Assembly: GCA_964016885.1 (NCBI GenBank)
Contig: OZ024741.1
Span: 100,440,001-100,504,000, forward strand
Origin: Eledone cirrhosa
Taxonomy: Eukaryota
DNA: 64,000 nt
Direction of reading: 5' to 3'
Made by a program: the position numbers and the translations under genes. This document shows, one piece after another, positions 53,360-64,000 of the stretch. The notes beneath the pieces were generated by a model that saw only the letters and a program-made list of their open reading frames with translations, ran no database searches and had not been told where the DNA came from. Every line of letters starts with the position of its first letter. The first letter of the stretch is position 1.

Positions 53360-56300
53360 TGTAGTGTTTTACATAGGTGGTGCTTTATGTCCTAGTGTGT
53401 TATGTTCTAGTATTTTACATAGGTGGTGCTGTATGCCCTAGTGTGTTATGTTCTAGTATTTTACATAGGTGGTGCTTTATGTCCTAGTGTGTTATGTTGT
53501 AGTATTTTACATAGGTGGTGCTTTATGTCCTAATGTGTTATGTTGTAGTGTTTAACATAGGTGGTGCTTTATGTCCTAGTGTGTTATGTTGTAGAGTTTT
53601 ACATAGGTGGTTCTTTATGTCCTTGTGTGTTATGTTGTAGTGTTTTTCATAGGTGGTGCTTTATGTCCTAATGTGTTATGTTGTAGTGTTTTACATAGGT
53701 GGTGCTTTGTGTCCTAGTGTGTTATGTTTTAGTGTTTACATAGGTGGTGCTTTATGTCCTAGTGTGTTATGTTGTAGTATTTTACATAGGTGGTGCTTTA
53801 TGTCCTAGTGTGTTATATTGTAGTGTTTACATAGGTGGTGCTTTATGACCTAGTGTGTTATGTTGTAGTATTTTACATAGGTGGTGCTTTATGTCCTAGT
53901 GTGTTATGTTGTAGTATTTTACATAGGGGTGCTTTATGTCCTAGTGTGTTATGTTGTAGTGTTTTACATAGGTAGTGCTTTATGTCCTAGTGTGTTATGT
54001 TGTAGTGTTTTACATAGGTGGTGCTTTATGTCCTAGTGTGTTATGTTGTAGTGTTTTACATAGGTGCTGCTTTATGTCCTAGTGTGTTATGTTGTAGTGT
54101 TTTAAATAGGTGGTGTTTTATGTCCTAGTGTGTTACGTTGTAGTGTTTTACATAGGTGGTGCTTTATGTCCTAGTGTGTTATGTTGTAGTGTTTTACATA
54201 GGTGGTGCTTTATGTCCTAATGTGTTATGTTGTACTATTTTACATAGGTGGTGTTTTATGTCCTAGTGTGTTATGTTGTAGTATTTTACATAGGTGGTGC
54301 TTTATGTCCTAGTGTGTTATGTTGTAGTGTTTTTCATAGGTGGTGCTTTATGTCCTAATGTGTTATGTTGTAGTGTTTTACATAGGTGGTGCTTTATGAC
54401 CTAGTGTGTTATGTTGTACTATTTTTCATAGGTGGTGTTTTATGTCCTAGTGTGTTATGTTGTAGTATTTTACATAGGTGGTGCTTTATGTCCTAGTGTG
54501 TTATGTTGTAGAGTTTTACATAGGTGGTTCTTTATGTCCTTGTGTGTTATGTTGTAGTGTTTTTCATAGGTGGTGCTTTATGTCCTAATGTGTTATGTTG
54601 TAGTGTTTTACATAGGTAGTGCTTTATGTCCTAGTGTGTTATGTTGTAGTGTTTTACATAGGTGGTGCTTTATGACCTAGTGTGTTATGTTGTACTATTT
54701 TACATAGGTGGTGCTTTATGTCCTAGTGTGTTATGTTGTAGTATTTTACATAGGGGTGCTTTATGTCCTAGTGTGTTATGTTGTAGTGTTTTACATAGGT
54801 AGTGCTTTATGTCCTAGTGTGTTATGTTGTAGTGTTTTACATAGGTGGTGCTTTATGTCCTAGTGTGTTATGTTGTAGTGTTTTACATAGGTGCTGCTTT
54901 ATGTCCTAGTGTGTTATGTTGTAGTGTTTTAAATAGGTGGTGTTTTATGTCCTAGTGTGTTACGTTGTAGTGTTTTACATAGGTGGTGCTTTATGTCCTA
55001 GTGTGTTATGTTGTAGTGTTTTACATAGGTGGTGCTTTATGTCCTAATGTGTTATGTTGTAGTGTTTTACATAGGTGGTGCTTTATGTCCTAGTGTGTTA
55101 TGTTGTAGTAGTTTACATAGGTTGTGCTTTATGTCCTAGTGTGTTATGTTGTAATAATTTACATAGGGGGTGCTTTATGTCCTAGTGTGTTATTTTGTAG
55201 TGTTTTACATAGGTAGTGCTTTATGTCCTAGTGTGTTATGTTGTAGTGTTTTACATAGGTGCTGCTTTATGTCCTAGTGTGTTATGTTGTAGTGTTTTAA
55301 ATAGGTGGTGTTTTATGTGCTAGTGTGTTATGTTGTAGTGTTTTACATAGGTGGTGCTTTATGTCCTAGTGTGTTATGTTGTAGTGTTTTACATAGGTGG
55401 TGCTTTATGTCCTAGTGTGTTATGTTGTAGTGTTTTACATAGGTGGTACTTTATGTCCTAATGTGTTATGTTGTAGTGTTTTACATAGGTGGTGCTTTAT
55501 GTCCTAGTGTGTTATGGTGTAGTAGTTTACATAGGTTGTGCTTTATGTCCTAGTGTGTTATGTTGTAATATTTTACATAGGGGGTGCTTTATGTCCTAGT
55601 GTGTTATTTTGTAGTGTTTTACATAGGTAGTGCTTTATGTCCTAGTGTGTTATGTTGTAGTGTTTTACATAGGTGGTGCTTTATGTCCTAGTGTGTTATG
55701 TTGTAGTGTTTTTCATAGGTGGTGCTTTATGTCCTAATGTGTTATGTTGTAGTGTTTTACATAGGTGGTGCTTTATGTCCTAGTGTGTTATGTTCTAGTA
55801 TTTTACATAGGTGGTGCTGTATGCCCTAGTGTGTTATGTTCTAGTATTTTACATAGGTGGTGCTTTATGTCCTAGTGTGTTATGTTGTAGTATTTTACAT
55901 AGGTGGTGCTTTATGTCCTAATGTGTTATGTTGTAGTGTTTAACATAGGTGGTGCTTTATGTCCTAGTGTGTTATGTTGTAGAGTTTTACATAGGTGGTT
56001 CTTTATGTCCTTGTGTGTTATGTTGTAGTGTTTTTCATAGGTGGTGCTTTATGTCCTAATGTGTTATGTTGTAGTGTTTTACATAGGTGGTGCTTTGTGT
56101 CCTAGTGTGTTATGTTTTAGTGTTTACATAGGTGGTGCTTTATGTCCTAGTGTGTTATGTTGTAGTATTTTACATAGGTGGTGCTTTATGTCCTAGTGTG
56201 TTATATTGTAGTGTTTACATAGGTGGTGCTTTATGACCTAGTGTGTTATGTTGTAGTATTTTACATAGGTGGTGCTTTATGTCCTAGTGTGTTATGTTGT

Positions 56301-58165
56301 AGTATTTTACATAGGGGTGCTTTATGTCCTAGTGTGTTATGTTGTAGTGTTTTACATAGGTAGTGCTTTATGTCCTAGTGTGTTATGTTGTAGTGTTTTA
56401 CATAGGTGGTGCTTTATGTCCTAGTGTGTTATGTTGTAGTGTTTTACATAGGTGCTGCTTTATGTCCTAGTGTGTTATGTTGTAGTGTTTTAAATAGGTG
56501 GTGTTTTATGTCCTAGTGTGTTACGTTGTAGTGTTTTACATAGGTGGTGCTTTATGTCCTAGTGTGTTATGTTGTAGTGTTTTACATAGGTGGTGCTTTA
56601 TGTCCTAATGTGTTATGTTGTACTATTTTACATAGGTGGTGTTTTATGTCCTAGTGTGTTATGTTGTAGTATTTTACATAGGTGGTGCTTTATGTCCTAG
56701 TGTGTTATGTTGTAGTGTTTTTCATAGGTGGTGCTTTATGTCCTAATGTGTTATGTTGTAGTGTTTTACATAGGTGGTGCTTTATGACCTAGTGTGTTAT
56801 GTTGTACTATTTTTCATAGGTGGTGTTTTATGTCCTAGTGTGTTATGTTGTAGTATTTTACATAGGTGGTGCTTTATGTCCTAGTGTGTTATGTTGTAGA
56901 GTTTTACATAGGTGGTTCTTTATGTCCTTGTGTGTTATGTTGTAGTGTTTTTCATAGGTGGTGCTTTATGTCCTAATGTGTTATGTTGTAGTGTTTTACA
57001 TAGGTAGTGCTTTATGTCCTAGTGTGTTATGTTGTAGTGTTTTACATAGGTGGTGCTTTATGACCTAGTGTGTTATGTTGTACTATTTTACATAGGTGGT
57101 GCTTTATGTCCTAGTGTGTTATGTTGTAGTATTTTACATAGGGGTGCTTTATGTCCTAGTGTGTTATGTTGTAGTGTTTTACATAGGTAGTGCTTTATGT
57201 CCTAGTGTGTTATGTTGTAGTGTTTTACATAGGTGGTGCTTTATGTCCTAGTGTGTTATGTTGTAGTGTTTTACATAGGTGCTGCTTTATGTCCTAGTGT
57301 GTTATGTTGTAGTGTTTTAAATAGGTGGTGTTTTATGTCCTAGTGTGTTACGTTGTAGTGTTTTACATAGGTGGTGCTTTATGTCCTAGTGTGTTATGTT
57401 GTAGTGTTTTACATAGGTGGTGCTTTATGTCCTAATGTGTTATGTTGTAGTGTTTTACATAGGTGGTGCTTTATGTCCTAGTGTGTTATGTTGTAGTAGT
57501 TTACATAGGTTGTGCTTTATGTCCTAGTGTGTTATGTTGTAATAATTTACATAGGGGGTGCTTTATGTCCTAGTGTGTTATTTTGTAGTGTTTTACATAG
57601 GTAGTGCTTTATGTCCTAGTGTGTTATGTTGTAGTGTTTTACATAGGTGCTGCTTTATGTCCTAGTGTGTTATGTTGTAGTGTTTTAAATAGGTGGTGTT
57701 TTATGTGCTAGTGTGTTATGTTGTAGTGTTTTACATAGGTGGTGCTTTATGTCCTAGTGTGTTATGTTGTAGTGTTTTACATAGGTGGTGCTTTATGTCC
57801 TAGTGTGTTATGTTGTAGTGTTTTACATAGGTGGTACTTTATGTCCTAATGTGTTATGTTGTAGTGTTTTACATAGGTGGTGCTTTATGTCCTAGTGTGT
57901 TATGGTGTAGTAGTTTACATAGGTTGTGCTTTATGTCCTAGTGTGTTATGTTGTAATATTTTACATAGGGGGTGCTTTATGTCCTAGTGTGTTATTTTGT
58001 AGTGTTTTACATAGGTAGTGCTTTATGTCCTAGTGTGTTATGTTGTAGTGTTTTACATAGGTGGTGCTTTATGTCCTAGTGTGTTATGTTGTAGTGTTTT
58101 TCATAGGTGGTGCTTTATGTCCTAATGTGTTATGTTGTAGTGTTTTACATAGGTGGTGCTTTATG
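53360..58165. repeat. Tandem block duplication, period 2,388 bp (52 monomers, four of 45 bp)
   Basis: Paired variants at offset 2388: TATGTTTTAGTGTTTAC (53729/56117) and GTACTATTTTTCAT (54421/56809). Confidence 0.87.
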
Positions 58166-59819
58166 ACCTAGTGTGTTATGTTGTACTATTTTACATAGGT
58201 GGTGTTTTATGTCCTAGTGTGTTATGTTGTAGTATTTTACATAGGTGGTGCTTTATGCCTTAGTGTGTTATGTTGTAGTGTTTTATATAGGTGGTGCTTT
58301 ATGTCCTAGTGTGTTATGTTGTAGTGTTTTACATAGGTAGTGCTTTATGTCCTAGTGTGTTATGATGTAGTATCTTACATAGGTGGTGCTTAATGTCCTA
58401 GTGTGTTATATTGTAGTATTTTATATAGGTTGTGCTTTATCTCCTAGTGTGTTATGTTGTAGTGTTTTACATAGGTGGTGCTTTATGTCCTAGTGTGTTA
58501 TGTTGTAGTGTTTTACATAGGTGGTGCTTTATGTCCTAGTGTGTTATGTTCTAGTATTTTACATAGGTGGTGCTGTATGCCCTAGTGTGTTATGTTCTAG
58601 TATTTTACATAGGTGGTGCTTTATGTCCTAGTGTGTTATGTTGTAGTATTTTACATAGGTGGTGCTTTATGTCCTAATGTGTTATGTTGTAGTGTTTAAC
58701 ATAGGTGGTGCTTTATGTCCTAGTGTGTTATGTTGTAGTGTTTTACATAGGTGGTGCTTTATGTCCTAGTGTGTTATGTTGTAGTGTTTTTCATAGGTGG
58801 TGCTTTATGTCCTAATGTGTTATGTTGTAGTGTTTTACATAGGTGGTGCTTTGTGTCCTAGTGCGTTATGTTGTAGTGTTTACATAGGTGGTGCTTTATG
58901 TCCTAGTGTGTTATGTTGTAGTATTTTACATAGGTGGTGCTTTATGTCCTAGTGTGTTATATTGTAGTGTTTACATAGGTGGTGCTTTATGACCTAGTGT
59001 GTTATGTTGTAGTATTTTACATAGGTGGTGCTTTATGTCCTAGTGTGTTATGTTGTAGTATTTTACATAGGGGTGCTTTATGTCCTAGTGTGTTATGTTG
59101 TAGTGTTTAACATAGGTAGTGCTTTATGTCCTAGTGTGTTATGTTGTAGTGTTTTACATAGGTGGTGCTTTATGTCCTAGTGTGTTATGTTGTAGTGTTT
59201 TACATAGGTGCTGCTTTATGTCCTAGTGTGTTATGTTGTAGTGTTTTAAATAGGTGGTGTTTTATGTCCTAGTGTGTTACGTTGTAGTGTTTTACATAGG
59301 TGGTGCTTTATGTCCTAGTGTGTTATGTTGTAGTGTTTTACATAGGTGGTGCTTTATGTCCTAATGTGTTATGTTGTAGTGTTTTACATAGGTGGTGCTT
59401 TATGTCCTAGTGTGTTATGTTGTAGTAGTTTACATAGGTTGTGCTTTATGTCCTAGTGTGTTATGTTGTAATAATTTACATAGGGGGTGCTTTATGTCCT
59501 AGTGTGTTATTTTGTAGTGTTTTACATAGGTAGTGCTTTATGTCCTAGTGTGTTATGTTGTAGTGTTTTACATAGGTGGTGCTTTATGTCCTAGTGTGTT
59601 ATGTTGTAGTGTTTTTCATAGGTGGTGCTTTATGTCCTAATGTGTTATGTTGTAGTGTTTTACATAGGTGGTGCTTTATGACCTAGTGTGTTATGTTGTA
59701 GTATTTTACATAGGTGGTGTTTTATGTCCTAGTGTGTTATGTTGTAGTGTTTTACATAGGTGGTGCTTTATGTCCTAGTGTGTTATGTTGTAGTGTTTTA
59801 CATAGGTGGTGCTTTATGT

Positions 59820-62800
59820 CCTAATGTGTTATGTTGTAGTGTTTTACATAGATGGTGCTTTATCTCCTAGTGTGTTATGTTGTAGTATTTTACATAGGTT
59901 GTGCTTTATGTCCTAGTGTGTTATGTTGTAGTATCTTACATAGGTGGTGCTTTATGTCCTAGTGTCTTATGTTGTAGTATTTTACATAGGTGGTGCTTTA
60001 TGTCCTAGTGTGTTATGTTGTAGTATTTTACATAGGTTGTGCTTTATGTCCTAGTGTGTTATGTTGTAGTATTTTACATCGGGGGTGCTTTATATCCTAG
60101 TGTGTTATTTTGTAGTGTTTTACATAGGTAGTGCTTTATGTCCTAGTGTGTTATGTTGTAGTGTTTTACATAGGTGGTGCTTTATGTCCTAGTGTGTTAT
60201 GTTGTAGTGTTTTACATAGGTGGTGCTTTATGTCCTAGTGTGTTATGTTGTAGTGTTTTACATAGGTGGTTCTTTATGTCCTAGTGTGTTATGTTGTAGT
60301 ATTTTACATAGGTGGTGCTTTATGTCTTAGTGTGTTATGTTGTAGTGTTTTATATAGGTGGTGCTTTATGTCCTAGTGTGTTATGTTGTAGTGTTTTACA
60401 TAGGTAGTGCTTTATGTCCTAGTGTGTTATGTTGTAGTATCTTACATAGGTGGTGCTTAATGTCCTAGTGTGTTATATTGTAGTATTTTATATAGGTTGT
60501 GCTTTATCTGCTAGTGTGTTATGTTGTAGTGTTTTACATAGGTGGTGCTTTATGTCCTAGTGTGTTATGTTGTAGTGTTTTACATAGGTGGTGCTTTATG
60601 TCCTAGTGTGTTATGTTCTAGTATTTTACATAGGTGGTGCTGTATGCCCTAGTGTGTTATGTTCTAGTATTTTACATAGGTGGTGCTTTATGTCCTAGTG
60701 TGTTATGTTGTAGTATTTTACATAGGTGGTGCTTTATGTCCTAATGTGTTATGTTGTAGTGTTTAACATAGGTGGTGCTTTATGTCCTAGTGTGTTATGT
60801 TGTAGAGTTTTACATAGGTGGTTCTTTATGTCCTTGTGTGTTATGTTGTAGTGTTTTTCATAGGTGGTGCTTTATGTCCTAATGTGTTATGTTGTAGTGT
60901 TTTACATAGGTGGTGCTTTGTGTCCTAGTGTGTTATGTTGTAGTGTTTACATAGGTGGTGCTTTATGTCCTAGTGTGTTATGTTGTAGTATTTTACATAG
61001 GTGGTGCTTTATGTCCTAGTGTGTTATATTGTAGTGTTTACATAGGTGGTGCTTTATGACCTAGTGTGTTATGTTGTAGTATTTTACATAGGTGGTGCTT
61101 TATGTCCTAGTGTGTTATGTTGTAGTATTTTACATAGGGGTGCTTTATGTCCTAGTGTGTTATGTTGTAGTGTTTTACATAGGTAGTGCTTTATGTCCTA
61201 GTGTGTTATGTTGTAGTGTTTTACATAGGTGGTGCTTTATGTCCTAGTGTGTTATGTTGTAGTGTTTTACATAGGTGCTGCTTTATGTCCTAGTGTGTTA
61301 TGTTGTAGTGTTTTAAATAGGTGGTGTTTTATGTCCTAATGTGTTATGTTGTAGTGTTTTACATAGATGGTGCTTTATCTCCTAGTGTGTTATGTTGTAG
61401 TATTTTACATAGGTTGTGCTTTATGTCCTAGTGTGTTATGTTGTAGTATCTTACATAGGTGGTGCTTTATGTCCTAGTGTGTTATGTTGTAGTATTTTAC
61501 ATAGGTGGTGCTTTATGTCCTAGTGTGTTATGTTGTAGTATTTTACATAGGTTGTGCTTTATGTCCTAGTGTGTTATGTTGTAGTATTTTACATCGGGGG
61601 TGCTTTATATCCTAGTGTGTTATGTTGTAGTGTTTTACATAGGTGGTGCTTTATGTCCTAGTGTGTTATGTTGTAGTGTTTTACATAGGTGGTGCTTTAT
61701 GTCCTAGTGTGTTATGTTGTAGTGTTTTACATAGGTGGTTCTTTATGTCCTAGTGTGTTATGTTGTAGTATTTTACATAGGTGGTGCTTTATGTCTTAGT
61801 GTGTTATGTTGTAGTGTTTTATATAGGTGGTGCTTTATGTCCTAGTGTGTTATGTTGTAGTGTTTTACATAGGTAGTGCTTTATGTCCTAGTGTGTTATG
61901 TTGTCGTATCTTACATAGGTGGTGCTTAATGTCCTAGTGTGTTATATTGTAGTATTTTATATAGGTTGTGCTTTATCTCCTAGTGTGTTATGTTGTAGTG
62001 TTTTACATAGGTGGTGCTTTATGTCCTAGTGTGTTATGTTGTAGTGTTTTACATAGGTGGTGCTTTATGTCCTAGTGTGTTATGTTCTAGTATTTTACAT
62101 AGGTGGTGCTGTATGCCCTAGTGTGTTATGTTCTAGTATTTTACATAGGTGGTGCTTTATGTCCTAGTGTGTTATGTTGTAGTATTTTACATAGGTGGTG
62201 CTTTATGTCCTAATGTGTTATGTTGTAGTGTTTAACATAGGTGGTGCTTTATGTCCTAGTGTGTTATGTTGTAGAGTTTTACATAGGTGGTTCTTTATGT
62301 CCTTGTGTGTTATGTTGTAGTGTTTTTCATAGGTGGTGCTTTATGTCCTAATGTGTTATGTTGTAGTGTTTTACATAGGTGGTGCTTTGTGTCCTAGTGT
62401 GTTATGTTGTAGTGTTTACATAGGTGGTGCTTTATGTCCTAGTGTGTTATGTTGTAGTATTTTACATAGGTGGTGCTTTATGTCCTAGTGTGTTATATTG
62501 TAGTGTTTACATAGGTGGTGCTTTATGACCTAGTGTGTTATGTTGTAGTATTTTACATAGGTGGTGCTTTATGTCCTAGTGTGTTATGTTGTAGTATTTT
62601 ACATAGGGGTGCTTTATGTCCTAGTGTGTTATGTTGTAGTGTTTTACATAGGTAGTGCTTTATGTCCTAGTGTGTTATGTTGTAGTGTTTTACATAGGTG
62701 GTGCTTTATGTCCTAGTGTGTTATGTTGTAGTGTTTTACATAGGTGCTGCTTTATGTCCTAGTGTGTTATGTTGTAGTGTTTTAAATAGGTGGTGTTTTA
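59820..62800. repeat. Tandem block duplication, period 1,515 bp (33 monomers, three of 45 bp)
   Basis: The private variant ACATCGGGGG has its C at 60080 and 61595, with the same order of flanking variants. Confidence 0.8.
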
Positions 62801-64000
62801 TGTCCTAGTGTGTTACGTTGTAGTGTTTTACATAGGTGGTGCTTTATGTCCTAGTGTGTTATGTTGTAGTGTTTTACATAGGTGGTGCTTTATGTCCTAA
62901 TGTGTTATGTTGTACTATTTTACATAGGTGGTGTTTTATGTCCTAGTGTGTTATGTTGTAGTATTTTACATAGGTGGTGCTTTATGTCCTAGTGTGTTAT
63001 GTTATAGTGTTTTTCATAGGTGGTGCTTTATGTCCTAATGTGTTATGTTGTAGTGTTTTACATAGGTGGTGCTTTATGACCTAGTGTGTTATGTTGTACT
63101 ATTTTACATAGGTGGTGTTTTATGTCCTAGTGTGTTATGTTGTAGTATTTTACATAGGTGGTGCTTTATGTCCTAGTGTGTTATGTTGTAGAGTTTTACA
63201 TAGGTGGTTCTTTATGTCCTTGTGTGTTATGTTGTAGTGTTTTTCATAGGTGGTGCTTTATGTCCTAATGTGTTATGTTGTAGTGTTTTACATAGGTAGT
63301 GCTTTATGTCCTAGTGTGTTATGTTGTAGTGTTTTACATAGGTGGTGCTTTATGACCTAGTGTGTTATGTTGTACTATTTTACATAGGTGGTGTTTTATG
63401 TCCTAGTGTGTTATGTTGTAGTATTTTACATAGGTGGTGCTTTATGTCCTAGTGTGTTATGTTGTAGTAATTTACATAGGAGGTGCTTTATGTCCTAGTG
63501 TATTATGTTGTAGTGTTTTACATGGGTGGTGCTTTATGTCCTAGTGTGTGATATTGTAGTGTTTGACATAGGTGGTGCTTTATGTCCTAGTGTGTTATGT
63601 TGTAGTATTTTACATAAGTGGTGCTTTATGTCCTAGTGTGTTATGCTGTAATATTTTACATAGGTGGTGCTTAATGTCCTAGTGTGTTATGTTGTAGTGT
63701 TTTACATAGGTGGTGCTTTATGTCCTAGTGTGTTATGTGGTAGTGTTTTACAAAGGTGGTGCTTTATGACCTAGTGTGTTATGTTGTAGTGTTTTACATA
63801 GGTGGTGCTTTATGTCCTAGTGTGTTATGTTGTAGTATTTTACATAGGTGGTGCTTTATGTCCTAGTGTGTTATGTTGTAGTGTTTTACATAGGTGGTGC
63901 TTTATGACCTAGTGTGTTATGTTGTAGTATTTTACATAGGTGGTGTTTTATGTCCTAGTGTGTTATGTTGTAGTGTTTTACATAGGTTGTGCTTTATGTC

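Larger units (their letters stand above)
1..64000. repeat. Tandem satellite array, 46-bp monomer (consensus ATGTCCTAGTGTGTTATGTTGTAGTGTTTTACATAGGTGGTGCTTT), about 1,390 head-to-tail copies, running off both window edges
   Basis: The same unit reads throughout. ATGTCCTA recurs at 1, 47, 93, 139 and so on. Most monomers differ from consensus by 0-3 substitutions, with occasional 45-bp and 31-bp deletion variants. No non-repeat sequence was seen. Confidence 0.99.

Noticed and set aside
1-64000. CRISPR array or repeat-spacer system
   Set aside because: There are no unique spacers: the units abut directly and differ only by point variants. No cas genes are present.
1-64000. Giant repetitive protein gene
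   Set aside because: 46 is not a multiple of 3, so any reading frame cycles into stops within about 138 bp on both strands (TAG x3 on +; TAA x3 and TAG on -).
1-64000. Telomerase-synthesised telomere or G-quadruplex array
   Set aside because: There are no canonical short telomeric repeats, the consensus has only two GG runs per monomer, and variants are propagated in kb-scale blocks rather than re-templated.
1-64000. Rolling-circle or sequencing concatemer artefact of a 46-bp circle
   Set aside because: Variants recur in ordered, nested haplotypes rather than as random errors, which fits real evolutionary history. Individual block duplications still need read validation.
1-64000. Hidden insertion, inversion or mobile element within the array
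   Set aside because: On reading through I found no non-satellite segment and no reverse-complement (C/A-rich) monomers. A very small insertion could have been missed by eye.
1-64000. Variant pattern as an information-storing code or diversity cassette library
   Set aside because: Point mutation plus tandem duplication fully explains the pattern, and no recipient locus, recombinase or reverse transcriptase is in the window.

Overview
The whole 64 kb window is one uninterrupted head-to-tail tandem array (satellite DNA) of a 46-bp monomer, consensus ATGTCCTAGTGTGTTATGTTGTAGTGTTTTACATAGGTGGTGCTTT, about 1,390 copies (64000/46), all in the same orientation. I saw no unique sequence, genes, RNA genes, transposon insertions, inversions or CRISPR spacers. 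The consensus is about 37% GC, strongly strand-skewed (T22 G13 A7 C4; 76% G+T on the + strand) and has no CpG. The informative structure lies in the variants. (i) The monomer is itself a degenerate 15+15+16 bp trimer, and rare 31-bp monomers lack exactly one 15-bp subunit. (ii) Diagnostic variant monomers reveal nested, near-identical block duplications of 6 to about 83 monomers rather than one fixed higher-order repeat. (iii) There are two variant domains, left (1 to about 23 kb) and right (about 28-63.4 kb), with a transition between them. (iv) A 300-monomer stretch has no net indel. (v) A cluster of rare variants sits near the right end. The single ORF is a by-product of 45-bp monomers shifting the frame. 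I do not recognise the satellite family or organism; a eukaryotic heterochromatic, centromeric or subtelomeric origin is inferred only. I found no evidence of a novel gene system. All coordinates were counted by hand and block boundaries are approximate.
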